NCBI GenBank assembly: GCA_021839985.1
Contig: JAKBZO010000001.1
Span: 676 to 64,675, forward strand
Direction of reading: 5' to 3'
Length of the DNA: 64,000 bases
Source: a bacterium
GTDB taxonomy: Bacteria; Patescibacteriota; Minisyncoccia; Phycocordibacterales; SBAW01
Shown here: in pieces, positions 9,739 through 18,779 of the stretch
Numbering within the stretch: position 1 is the first letter of the stretch
Layout of the letters: each line of letters opens with the position of its first letter
Notes under the pieces: model-generated
What the model saw: only the letters and a program-made list of their open reading frames with translations
Told to the model about the DNA's origin: nothing
Databases searched by the model: none
Position numbers and translations under genes: made by a program

Positions 9739-10608
9739 TCATCCTCTCGTGAGGAAATGACGGTTCGAGAAAACAGCGGAGAGGCCGAATGCAAAGACCA
9801 TGAGCAGACCGCCGAAGACCTTGATCGCGGTCGTCGGTTCAAAAAAGACCGCCCATGCCACCACGCCGCCGACAAGCGGTTCGACCACGCCGTCGTACAG
9901 AGCCGCGATCATTTCATCGGCATACTTGCTTGCCCACTGAATGACCGCGTACGGGAGTGTTGCAAATGCGAATGTCATCCAGGCAAGCGCGAAGAGATCG
10001 TGTGACGGAACGGCGAAGCTCGCTCCGATGAGCAGGCCACTGAGCAAGCTCGCTATCGATATGACGAAGAACTGCTGAACGCACAAAGTGAGAATGTGCG
10101 CGTTGTTCTCTCCATCGAACCGCTCCAGATAGAGAAAATAGAACGCCATGAAGAGTGCCGAGAGAAGCAGGTTGAACTCGCCGAACCCGAAGCCGGACAG
10201 GCCGCCCACGAACAGATACATGCCAGCGATCGCAATGATGAGGGCTGCGTTGTCTTCCCTCGCCACCCGATGCTTGAATATGATCCAGCCTAAATATGGA
10301 ATGAGAAGCATGCCGAGATTCGAGAGGAATGCCGTGCCGGCCGCAGTGCTGAATTTCAGACCGACCGTCTGAAAGATCTCGATACCAGAAAGGAAGACGC
10401 CGAGGATGATACCCTCGCGAAGACGATACAGAATGTTTTGTCTGCGCCAGAGTGCTGCTACCAAGAAGATCAATGCAGAGATCAAGAAATTCCAAAAAGT
10501 GAAATTGATGGCGCCGATCTCCTCGACCAACGGCTTTTGAAAAGCGTAACTTGCACCCCATAAGAGCGCGACGCTGAAATAGCCGAACTTTGACCAATTC
10601 CTTTCCAT
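9739..10608 (-). CDS. DMT/EamA family transporter
   Basis: About 10 TM segments in two repeats; LLWG near the start and EPLVG in the second repeat. Confidence 0.85.
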   Translation of the reverse strand: MERNWSKFGYFSVALLWGASYAFQKPLVEEIGAINFTFWNFLISALIFLVAALWRRQNILYRLREGIILGVFLSGIEIFQTVGLKFSTAAGTAFLSNLGMLLIPYLGWIIFKHRVAREDNAALIIAIAGMYLFVGGLSGFGFGEFNLLLSALFMAFYFLYLERFDGENNAHILTLCVQQFFVISIASLLSGLLIGASFAVPSHDLFALAWMTFAFATLPYAVIQWASKYADEMIAALYDGVVEPLVGGVVAWAVFFEPTTAIKVFGGLLMVFAFGLSAVFSNRHFLTRG

Positions 10609-10802
10609 TGCCTTCAGTATAACGTAAGCGCCGCCATAAAAAGTTTAGGCCGGCTGCATAGGTGTGCGGCCGGCCTCTTGCAGAGCACTGCCTGATAAGA
10701 CAGCGCTATGCAAGTGAAGACACCGCCTGGTTGGGCGATATCTTCGAAAGCGTGCAGCCAATACAGCTGATAACGCTTTGATCTTCTGAGACCACGGTAT
10801 CA

Positions 10803-12068
10803 TTAAATGAACGTCTCGGGAACCGGAAATTTGTTGCACAAAGTTTTTATCTCGACCCTGATCGCGGCGAGTTTCGCCGGCTCGCTGCGGCCTTGCAGCG
10901 CAGCGATCATGAGCTCTGCAACGCGCGCACATTCGGCCTCCTTGAAACCGCGAGTGGTGATCGCCGGCGTTCCGAAGCGGATGCCGGATGGGTCCATCGG
11001 CTTGCGTGGGTCATCGGCGATCATATTCTTATTGAGCGTGATACCAACGGAGTCGAGCACGGTCTCTGCTTCCTGCCCCGAGACGCCGAGCGAGCCCCAC
11101 ACGTCAGCAAGGAGAAGATGATTGTCGGTGCCGCCACCGATGAGCCGCACGCCCGCATCTTTGAATACCGCCTCCATCGCTTTCGCGTTCTTGATGATCT
11201 GCACCGCGTACGTTTTGAATGACGGGTTGAGCGCTTCACCGAAAGCGACCGCCTTCGCCGCGATGTTGTTCATGTGCGGGCCGCCTTGAAGGCCGGGGAA
11301 TACCGTCTTGTCGATCTTCTTCGCGATCTCTTCCGACTCGCACACGAGGATCATGCCGCCGCGCGGTCCGCGCAGTGTTTTGTGCGTCGTTGTGGTCATG
11401 ATGTCGAAACCGTAGTCGAACGGATTTTTTGCCGCACCTCCGGCGATGAGCCCGGCGATATGCGCGATGTCCATCACCGCAAGCGCGCCAACATCGCGCG
11501 CGATCGACACGAATTTCGCGTAATCGAGTTCGCGCGGATACGCCGAGAAGCCGGCAAGGATGATCTTCGGCTTCGTCTCGCGCGCGACGCGCAGCATGTC
11601 GTCGTAATCGATCTCGCCCGTCTCGACGTCCTTCATCTTGTAGCGCACGAAGTTGAAGATCTTGGTGATGTAGGTGACCGGGTGTCCGTGCGTGAGGTGA
11701 CCGCCATGGCTGAGATCCATACCGAGCACGGTGTCGCCCGGCTCAAGGAGAGCGAAGTACATCGCGATGTTGGCATTGGCGCCGCCGAGCGGCTGCACGT
11801 TGGCGAATTTCGCGCCGAAGAGTTTTTTGGCGCGCTCGATAGCGACGCTCTCCACGACATCGGTGAACTGCTGTCCGCCGTAGTAGCGCTTGCCCGGATA
11901 TCCTTCCGAATATTTATTGGTGAGGATCGAACCGTTCGCTTCTCGCACCGCGCGCGACACGTAGTTCTCCGACGGAATGAGCTCAAGCCCCTCCGCCTCT
12001 CTCCCCTCCTCGCCCATGAGCGCGCTGTATATTTCTTCGTCCTGCTGCTGAATAAAAGGGTAGTGCAT
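10803..12068 (-). CDS. glyA: Serine hydroxymethyltransferase
   Basis: LIPSEN, NKYSEGYPGKRYYGG and TTTTHKTLRGPRGG (PLP lysine). Confidence 0.98.
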   Translation of the reverse strand: MHYPFIQQQDEEIYSALMGEEGREAEGLELIPSENYVSRAVREANGSILTNKYSEGYPGKRYYGGQQFTDVVESVAIERAKKLFGAKFANVQPLGGANANIAMYFALLEPGDTVLGMDLSHGGHLTHGHPVTYITKIFNFVRYKMKDVETGEIDYDDMLRVARETKPKIILAGFSAYPRELDYAKFVSIARDVGALAVMDIAHIAGLIAGGAAKNPFDYGFDIMTTTTHKTLRGPRGGMILVCESEEIAKKIDKTVFPGLQGGPHMNNIAAKAVAFGEALNPSFKTYAVQIIKNAKAMEAVFKDAGVRLIGGGTDNHLLLADVWGSLGVSGQEAETVLDSVGITLNKNMIADDPRKPMDPSGIRFGTPAITTRGFKEAECARVAELMIAALQGRSEPAKLAAIRVEIKTLCNKFPVPETFI

Positions 12069-12123
12069 GATATTAACGTAAAAATCGTAATTCCTATATC
12101 ATACATCAACACCACGACACGAG

Positions 12124-12380
12124 TCATGGACCCTTTTGTTCGACCCTCAACCACAACTTTTCCGCATTGCCATGCCGCATGAGCCCCAGATACGACCGCA
12201 CCACCGCGCCGTCCTCTTCACTCCCCGTAATGTTGCGAAACATGCGCCGCTTCGCCACGGTTCGCAACACACGATGGTCGGGGAAATGCACCCAGCCGAG
12301 GAAGTCGATGCCTGCTGCAACTGTACCAATCGACACCTTGTGTGGATGCAGCGTGAGCCGCAGTTCATCCCATAGAAAAT
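12124..12380 (-). pseudogene. C-terminal fragment of a DGR-type reverse transcriptase (RT)
   Basis: LTLHPHKVSI...GIDFLGWVHFPDHRVLRTVAKRRM...SYLGLMRHGN matches RT domain 7 plus thumb; no YxDD or N-terminal domains. Confidence 0.75.
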
Positions 12381-12398
12381 CAGGCTTAAAGAAAAAAC

Positions 12399-12420
12399 CG
12401 CCGCGTGCAAGCACGCGGCG
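12399..12420. other. Perfect hairpin downstream of the DGR target gene (candidate DGR cruciform or terminator)
   Basis: cgccgcgtgc-aa-gcacgcggcg, about 50 nt 3' of the 12469 stop codon. Confidence 0.55.
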
Positions 12421-12468
12421 AAAAGAAGAGCCCGAGTGTCAAAGTGACACAGGGCAATAGCCCAGGTC

Positions 12469-13083
12469 CTAAGCGGCCGAGATCTGTTGCGCGCCCAGGA
12501 AACCCCAACGGCCGTCCCAGCCGCCCCCCCACCTGTAGAGGCAGAGGTCGCGCTCCGAGCCGTCACCGTCGAGACAGACCACGAACCGGCCGCCGCGCAC
12601 CCGAGCGAAGGAACCGAGCAGAGCAATCGGACGCTTGAGTTGTTCCCTCGGGTACTTGCGAGCGAAGGCGATCCCCGCTTCATGTCGAGCGGGCGGGAAT
12701 CCGTCAGCAATCATCATGTCGCGAACGGCTTCAGCGGATATGGATTTTTTCGGCTCACATAATTTGAAGTGATACGAGCCGACCGCCTTCGGGTTGATCG
12801 GGAAGTTCGAGGCGATGTCCGGATTCACCCGGTTGAATCTAGCACTTGCGATCAATTGCTCGATCGTGACGCCGCTTTCGAGCACCGCCTGAAATTCCTG
12901 CAACGAGAGGCCGAGGAACTTCTGCAGATCGTCGAGCGTTGGCGCGATGCCGTTCTTGACGCTCCGTGCGAGTGCAGAGACGAGAGGGTGCAACGTTTCG
13001 ATTTCGCTGGTCATCAGATCTTGCTCAGTGATGATTTTCAGCAAGTGTGCTGCCTGCGGCAGCGTTCCGAGATCTTTACTCAT
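12469..13083 (-). CDS. Putative DGR target protein with a C-terminal variable region (VR)
   Basis: C-terminus VVCLDGDGSERDLCLYRWGGGWDGRWGFLGA with many NNC/NNT codons; adjacent RT remnant. Confidence 0.7.
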   Translation of the reverse strand: MSKDLGTLPQAAHLLKIITEQDLMTSEIETLHPLVSALARSVKNGIAPTLDDLQKFLGLSLQEFQAVLESGVTIEQLIASARFNRVNPDIASNFPINPKAVGSYHFKLCEPKKSISAEAVRDMMIADGFPPARHEAGIAFARKYPREQLKRPIALLGSFARVRGGRFVVCLDGDGSERDLCLYRWGGGWDGRWGFLGAQQISAA

Positions 13084-13228
13084 GGAATGTCTCCATCAAG
13101 CACTACCCCTTGCGGGTAGCATTGCTAGAGGGCAACAGGATTGTCGCCATAGCTCGAAAGTGCTGACTTTCCAGCCGCTTCGAGCTATGGCGAACATTGA
13201 TCTCAAAGAGCGGTTTGCAACTTTCTAC

Positions 13229-13256
13229 ATAATACACGAACTTGTACTTCTGTCAA
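13229..13256 (-). promoter_or_regulatory. Sigma70 promoter of the DGR target gene
   Basis: TTGACA-16 nt-TATTAT. Confidence 0.6.
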
Positions 13257-13283
13257 GACCCCCGCAATGCTCCGACACGAATG

Positions 13284-14246
13284 TTATCCGTGTATCTTTT
13301 TATTGTATCCGCCGGCGACCGTGAGTTCCGCTTTGATGGTCGCGTGCGGATCATAATCATTCAACCGCACGAACTCCGGTTTGAAAGTATCGAGTGAATC
13401 GAGCGACTCCGTGAACGAGATCGTCGGGAACGGCCTTGGTTCACGCGCAAGCTGCTCAAGCGCCTGCTCTTTGTGATTCTCATAGATATGCACGTCGCCG
13501 AACGTGTGCACGAACTCGCCAGGGCTCCGTCCCAAGATCTTGGCGAGCACGATCGTGAGCAGCGCATAGCTTGCGATATTGAACGGCACGCCAAGGAAAA
13601 TGTCGGCGCTGCGCTGGTAGAGCTGGAGGCATACGCGGCCGTGCTTGATGTTGACCTGGTAGAGGTTGTGGCAGATCGGGAATCGCGCCGCTTTGCCCGG
13701 CGCCGCCATGGCATAGAGATATTCCGGATTCCACGAGCTCACGAGGGTGTTGTGAGCGTCCTTGTCATGCCGCAATTCGTCGACCACCCAGCCGAGCTGA
13801 TCGACCTCTCGCCCATCGTGCGCCTGCCACCTGCGCCACATTTCGCCATAGATATGCGGCAGCTCGCCATGAGCCTCTGCAAAGTCATCGTCGGCTTTTA
13901 TGCGCTCGACAAATTCTTCTTTGGTGAGCTCCGGCACCTCGCCGCGTTCCATCTTCTCTTTATAGATCTTGTAGGGATAGTCGTCCCAAATGTGCACTTC
14001 CTGATCGACGAGATACTTGATGTTGCTCTGGCCGGAGAGGAACCAGTAGAGCTCGTGCAAGACGCCCTTCCAGTAGACGCGCTTGGTGGTGAGAAGCGGA
14101 AATCCTTGCGAGAGGTCGAAACGGATCTGACGGCCGAAGAGGCTGTACGTCTTCACACCCGTGCCTGCGTCCACCTGCTCCTCCCCGCTCTCGAGGATCT
14201 CGCGCATAAGATCAAGGTATTGGTACTCAGGATGTCGCTTCTCCAT
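13284..14246 (-). CDS. thyA: Thymidylate synthase
   Basis: GFPLLTTK, PICH (catalytic Cys), YQRSADIFLGVPFNIASY, GDVHIYENH. Confidence 0.97.
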   Translation of the reverse strand: MEKRHPEYQYLDLMREILESGEEQVDAGTGVKTYSLFGRQIRFDLSQGFPLLTTKRVYWKGVLHELYWFLSGQSNIKYLVDQEVHIWDDYPYKIYKEKMERGEVPELTKEEFVERIKADDDFAEAHGELPHIYGEMWRRWQAHDGREVDQLGWVVDELRHDKDAHNTLVSSWNPEYLYAMAAPGKAARFPICHNLYQVNIKHGRVCLQLYQRSADIFLGVPFNIASYALLTIVLAKILGRSPGEFVHTFGDVHIYENHKEQALEQLAREPRPFPTISFTESLDSLDTFKPEFVRLNDYDPHATIKAELTVAGGYNKKIHG

Positions 14247-14258
14247 GATGGTCGTTTG

Positions 14259-14897
14259 TTATTTTTTCTTCGCGGTCTTCTTTGAAACTTTTTTGGCGGC
14301 CTTCTTCACGGTCGGTTTGGTCTTTGCTGCCTTCTGCTTACTGCCAACCGCCTTCTGATCTCTTGCGGGGACGAAATGGTTCCAGTTGTCCTTCGCGTAG
14401 CGGCCGACATGGCGATAGTTCTGACGCGTCGGCGACGAAAGCTTTGAGAACGTGAGCTGAGCGATCGCCATGCCCGGGCGCAGAATGATCGGCACGTTGG
14501 AGAGATTGCAGAGCTCGAAGGTGATGTTGAGGAAATGGCCCGGATTGATGAGGCCGGCGGTGTTGTGGATCATGAGGCCGACACGTGCAAGCGATGACTT
14601 GCCGCCCACCTGAATGAGGTAGTTGTCGGAGCCAAAATATTCTTTGGAAATGCCGAGTACTGACACGCCGGGATGCAAAATGAATTCGCCATCATCGACG
14701 ACGTTGATCTGACGTGTCTTGGCATAGATCTTTCGAGCCGGATCAACGAAGTTCGTCTGCTCGGGTTCGTTCACCACGAACTGATTGCCGAGAATGATGT
14801 CGTAGCTTGCCGGACTAAGCCGCGACTCGACGAACGGTTCGAGTGTGATCTCGCCGCTTTCAACTCCCTTGATGATATCGATGTCTGAGAGAAACAT
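14259..14897 (-). CDS. dcd: dCTP deaminase with a Lys/Ala-rich C-terminal tail
   Basis: MFLSD, PASYD, GKSSLARVGL, TAGLINPG, ITFEL and IAQL motifs. Confidence 0.9.
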   Translation of the reverse strand: MFLSDIDIIKGVESGEITLEPFVESRLSPASYDIILGNQFVVNEPEQTNFVDPARKIYAKTRQINVVDDGEFILHPGVSVLGISKEYFGSDNYLIQVGGKSSLARVGLMIHNTAGLINPGHFLNITFELCNLSNVPIILRPGMAIAQLTFSKLSSPTRQNYRHVGRYAKDNWNHFVPARDQKAVGSKQKAAKTKPTVKKAAKKVSKKTAKKK

Positions 14898-14938
14898 GAT
14901 GGTTGAATTAGCTCTGCTCAATAAATATATCGCTGGTA

Positions 14939-15060
14939 GATCTTTTTAAAAAGCTCTCAGATGCAAGGCGCGGGCGGTGAGTGACGGAGCAATACTGGGT
15001 TGGTATTGCGACGAGCGAACGGGTGCCCGCAACGCGGCAGATGAGGTTTTTGGAAAGATC
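14939..15060. repeat. ~120-nt palindromic intergenic element, copy 2
   Basis: gatctttttaaaaagctc...gatgcaaggcg...gcaatac/gtattgc...caacgcggcagatgaggtttttggaaagatc. Confidence 0.7.
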
Positions 15061-15737
15061 TACTGGATGGTGAATACCTTGTCAGTCCCATAATACTCCT
15101 CCCAATGTTCATTATAATACTTGAACATGCGCTCAAGCCGGTCCTGCGGCAACTCATCGACGCCGCACTCTTCCATGACCGCGTAGATCTCCGTGCGCGC
15201 CTTCGCGACATCAGCTTCATCGCTCACCATCTTTTCGAACTCGGCGAGCCAGCCGTAGCCCGCGTTGTGATCAAGGCAGACCGTGATGTCGCGGAAAGCA
15301 TACTCCTCGCGCTCGCGCGACCACTTCGCTTGGTAGCGGAAACCGGAACCGAGAATGAGCGCGTCGAGCGCCGCGAGTGGTATCGCAACCTTTTCATCAA
15401 GCTCAATGCGCGCGATGCCGTTCTCGCTCGTCGTGTCATCCACCGACGCTTTAATAACGAGATACACGCCGGTATCTTTCTCGCGCGTACGCACGGAGAA
15501 GGTCTTTGCGCGTTTCGCGAGATCGTCGAACGTGATGCACTTCTCTTCCGAGAGGCATTGGTGCGCGACCGACTGAGCGAGAGCGTCGAGATTGCCGCCC
15601 TCGAAGTAGTGGTTGAGCTGCGCGCTCTTGCCGATCAGGTGCGTGTTCGGATCGAGCTCGGTAAGTTTTGTACGCAGTGCATCTGCTTTTTCTTTCGTTC
15701 CAAGCAGCGACTTCACTTCGACTTCATACGAATGCAT
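15060..15737 (-). CDS. CYTH-domain (triphosphate tunnel metalloenzyme) protein
   Basis: N-terminal EVEVK, QLNHYF, R-x-R, REREEY, LDHNAGYGWLAEFE. Confidence 0.8.
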   Translation of the reverse strand: MHSYEVEVKSLLGTKEKADALRTKLTELDPNTHLIGKSAQLNHYFEGGNLDALAQSVAHQCLSEEKCITFDDLAKRAKTFSVRTREKDTGVYLVIKASVDDTTSENGIARIELDEKVAIPLAALDALILGSGFRYQAKWSREREEYAFRDITVCLDHNAGYGWLAEFEKMVSDEADVAKARTEIYAVMEECGVDELPQDRLERMFKYYNEHWEEYYGTDKVFTIQ

Positions 15738-15811
15738 GAGTGTTATTGTACGTCCTGCGCTGGGGGCACACCATACTGGATTGATCACAGATATGTGGCA
15801 TAGTAGGGTTC

Positions 15812-16312
15812 ATGATCCACATCATCGCCGCCATCGGAAAGAACCGCGAACTCGGCAAAGATAATGCGCTGCTGTGGCAGATCCCGGAGGACCTCCGGCA
15901 CTTCAAAGAGCTCACGCTTGGACATCCGGTCATCATGGGGCGCAAGACATTCGATTCGATCGTTGCTGCACTCGGAGGACCCTTGCCCAGGCGCACCAGT
16001 ATTGTTGTCACGCACACCCACAGAGGGGAACCCTCTGGGACAGAGGGTTCCCCTCTGTGGGTGTGCTCGTTTGAAGACGCGTTAGCGCGAGCACAAAAAA
16101 TTGACCAGGATGTCTTTGTGATCGGTGGGGCGCAGATATACGAACAAGCGCTGCCACACGCTGACGTGCTTCACCTCACACTCATCGATGACTCGCGCGG
16201 TGCTGATTCATTCTTCCCGCCGTATGATCAGCTTTTCAAAGAAGTGGGCGTAAGCGAGTGGCATGAGCATGGCGACACTCGTTACCGCTTCGCGGAATAT
16301 AAAAGGCTTTAG
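15812..16312 (+). CDS. folA: Dihydrofolate reductase
   Basis: IAAIGKNRELGKDNALLWQIPEDLRHFK, IMGRKTF, VIGGAQIY, ADSFFP. Confidence 0.95.
   Translation: MIHIIAAIGKNRELGKDNALLWQIPEDLRHFKELTLGHPVIMGRKTFDSIVAALGGPLPRRTSIVVTHTHRGEPSGTEGSPLWVCSFEDALARAQKIDQDVFVIGGAQIYEQALPHADVLHLTLIDDSRGADSFFPPYDQLFKEVGVSEWHEHGDTRYRFAEYKRL
16012..16066. repeat. Perfect inverted repeat (26-bp arms, 3-nt loop) inside folA
   Basis: gcacacccacagaggggaaccctctg-gga-cagagggttcccctctgtgggtgtgc. Confidence 0.9.
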
Positions 16313-16341
16313 GAACTAGGCTCTAGGCATTAGGCTCCAGG

Positions 16342-16393
16342 AACACAAAAAGCGTGAGCTCCGCCAGTTGGCGGAGCTCACGCTTTTTGTGTT
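16342..16393. terminator. Bidirectional terminator between convergent folA and rplK
   Basis: 25-bp perfect arms aacacaaaaagcgtgagctccgcca / tggcggagctcacgctttttgtgtt. Confidence 0.8.
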
Positions 16394-16431
16394 TTGAATT
16401 TTCCTAGTGCCTAAGGCCTATCGCCTAGTGC

Positions 16432-16854
16432 CTACTTCACATCCACCCCCATCGAACGCGCGGTGCCGGCGATGACCTTCATCGCTGCTTCCACGTCGTT
16501 GGCATTGAGATCCGGCATCTTCGCCTCAGCAATCTCGCGCAATTGCGTCGAGGAGAGCACGCCGACCTTCGACACGTTCGGCTTCTTCGAGCCGCTGTCC
16601 TTGCCGATCTTCTTGAGGATCATCTTCGATGCCGGCGGCGTCTTGAGGACGAAATCGTACGAACGATCTTCGTACACCGTGATGTTCACTGGAATGATGT
16701 CGCCCATCTTGTCGGCGGTCGCCGCGTTGAATTTCGTGACGAAATCACCGATGTTGATACCGGCCTGACCGAGCGCCGGACCCAGTGGAGGCGCAGGGGT
16801 AGCCTTACCCGCCGGCGCCATGACCTTTATTTTTTTGATGACTTTCTTCGCCAT
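16432..16854 (-). CDS. rplK: 50S ribosomal protein L11
   Basis: [29 protein letters not shown]. Confidence 0.98.
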   Translation of the reverse strand: MAKKVIKKIKVMAPAGKATPAPPLGPALGQAGINIGDFVTKFNAATADKMGDIIPVNITVYEDRSYDFVLKTPPASKMILKKIGKDSGSKKPNVSKVGVLSSTQLREIAEAKMPDLNANDVEAAMKVIAGTARSMGVDVK

Positions 16855-16881
16855 AATTTTAGAGTGTGGTCAGATACTACC

Positions 16882-17427
16882 TTATATTCGCTTAACCTGC
16901 AAGAAATCGAGCTCGACCGGCGTTTCGCGGCCGAACATCGAGACCAGCACCTTCACCTTGCCGCGCGCCTGATCGACTTCGCCGACCTTACCGTCAAGTT
17001 CCTTGAACGGACCGTCGGTGATGACGACTGTGTCGCCCTTCTGCAGGTCGATCGCGTGTTTGACGCCGGTGTCCTTCATGCGCGAGAGCAGCGCGTCGAC
17101 TTCGGCATCGGCAAGCGGAACCGCTTTAACGCCGGAGCCGACGAAGCCGGTCACGCGCGGCGTGTTGCGCACGACGTTCCATGATTCATCGTCCACGATC
17201 ATGTCGACGAGCACATAGCCCGGATAGATCTTCTCTTCTTCTTCGACGCGCTTGCCGCCCTTGACCTTTACCGTGTGCTCGGTCGGCACGACCACGCTGA
17301 AGATCTTGTCCTGAAGACCGAGTGATTCGATGCGCTGGGTCAGATTGCGCGCAACCGCGTTCTCATAGCCAGCGTAGGTATGGACTGCATACCAATGACG
17401 ACCGGCACTGACATCTTGTTTAGCCAT
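16882..17427 (-). CDS. nusG: Transcription factor NusG
   Basis: WYAVHTYAGYE, YPGYVLV, KOW GPFK, FGRETPVELDF. Confidence 0.98.
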   Translation of the reverse strand: MAKQDVSAGRHWYAVHTYAGYENAVARNLTQRIESLGLQDKIFSVVVPTEHTVKVKGGKRVEEEEKIYPGYVLVDMIVDDESWNVVRNTPRVTGFVGSGVKAVPLADAEVDALLSRMKDTGVKHAIDLQKGDTVVITDGPFKELDGKVGEVDQARGKVKVLVSMFGRETPVELDFLQVKRI

Positions 17428-17489
17428 AGATGATGATCGAAAGAAAAGGGTAATAAAAATTCTCGACTCGTTTACAGAACCGGTGGAAC

Positions 17490-17657
17490 TTAAATGATAC
17501 GCTGAATGACCTGAGAGAATCCGTAATCAAGAATGCCAAGATATGCCGCGATGCCGAATGAAACGACAATGACCACAGCGGTGTAGGTGATCGTTTTATT
17601 GCGCGACGGCCACGACACATGTTTCATTTCCGCGCGGACGTTCTGAAGATAGTTCAT
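17490..17657 (-). CDS. secE: Preprotein translocase SecE (55 aa, not in the ORF track)
   Basis: Manual translation MNYLQNVRAEMKHVSWPSRNKTITYTAVVIVVSFGIAAYLGILD...; upstream of nusG. Confidence 0.92.
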   Translation of the reverse strand: MNYLQNVRAEMKHVSWPSRNKTITYTAVVIVVSFGIAAYLGILDYGFSQVIQRII

Positions 17658-17914
17658 AAGGCTTGGTCTAAGTGAATAAGGTATTTTTAAAAGCCCTCGC
17701 GGGCTCTCGTGGCTCTACTGTACCAGTTTATCAGGAAAACGCAAGCAACGCTCAGAGGAGGGAAATGCCCCACGTGGCGGGGCATTGATCGGTCTGGCCG
17801 CCGAAGAGCGAACTATTCTTCAGCGACTATAGTCTCTCAACGGTGCGAACACAAGAGAGCGCGGCTCCGCCGTCTGGCACCGCCGCGCTCTCTTGGTAAA
17901 CCTTCACAAAACGG

Positions 17915-18736
17915 TCACTTGATCTCGTACGTCACCGAGACATCAGACGTCACCTTATTCTGCCCGACGGAGATCTGCGGCGCCGCTGCCTTGGCCGACA
18001 TCACGCCCGCCGCTTCAAAGCCGTACACCGGCTGCGGACCATTGTTCTCAGAGAACGCCACGATGCGCACGAGGGACACGCCGAGCGACTTCGCAAGCTC
18101 TTCTGCCTTGGTCTTAGCATCCATGATCGCCTTGTCGCGCGCCGTCGCCTCCACCGCATTCGGATCTTCGACCGTGAACGAAAGCCCGGACACTTCGGTC
18201 GCGCCGCGGGTCCCGATACCGGCAAGCAGATCGCCCGCCTTCGTCGTATCGCGCACTTTCACCTGCGTACTCTGGCGCACTTCGTATCCCTTGAGCACCT
18301 GCTTGCTGGGCGGACAATAGACCACGCCCGAGGAACCATTCGCCGGCGCCACCTGCGGACACACGGCATTCTGGTAGTCATACTGCGGCGCGATCGAGTA
18401 GTCGGTCGTCTTGATATCTTTCTCATCGACACCGGCCTGCGTCAGGTAACCAGTGATATCATTGGCGACCTTGGTCGCATCAGCCTGCGCTTCTGCCACC
18501 GTCGCCTTGTCCGACACGACCGAGAACGAAAACTCCGCGATGTCCGGCGTAGCATACGCGTCGCCTTCTCCCGACACCGTGATCGTATTGGTTGGTGCAA
18601 TACCCGCGCCGATGTAGCGCAAACCCATGAATGCCTGCACCGCTTCAAGGATCAAGAACAACGCGAGTGCTACCAGCACTGCGAACACCGCACCGCGAAC
18701 CTTCGCACCGCATGTCCCCTCAAAAAGTGAGTCCAT
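17915..18736 (-). CDS. SIMPL/DUF541 domain protein
   Basis: TITVSGEG...PDIA, IKTTDYSIAPQY, ARDKAIMDAKTKAEELAKSLGV. Confidence 0.85.
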   Translation of the reverse strand: MDSLFEGTCGAKVRGAVFAVLVALALFLILEAVQAFMGLRYIGAGIAPTNTITVSGEGDAYATPDIAEFSFSVVSDKATVAEAQADATKVANDITGYLTQAGVDEKDIKTTDYSIAPQYDYQNAVCPQVAPANGSSGVVYCPPSKQVLKGYEVRQSTQVKVRDTTKAGDLLAGIGTRGATEVSGLSFTVEDPNAVEATARDKAIMDAKTKAEELAKSLGVSLVRIVAFSENNGPQPVYGFEAAGVMSAKAAAPQISVGQNKVTSDVSVTYEIK

Positions 18737-18779
18737 ATATTCGTATGATCAGTGATTGGTTAGTGGATTAATGAGAGAC

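Noticed and set aside
10625-10800. Possible riboswitch between glyA and the EamA gene
   Set aside because: No recognisable aptamer consensus, and EamA has its own -10 directly before the ATG.
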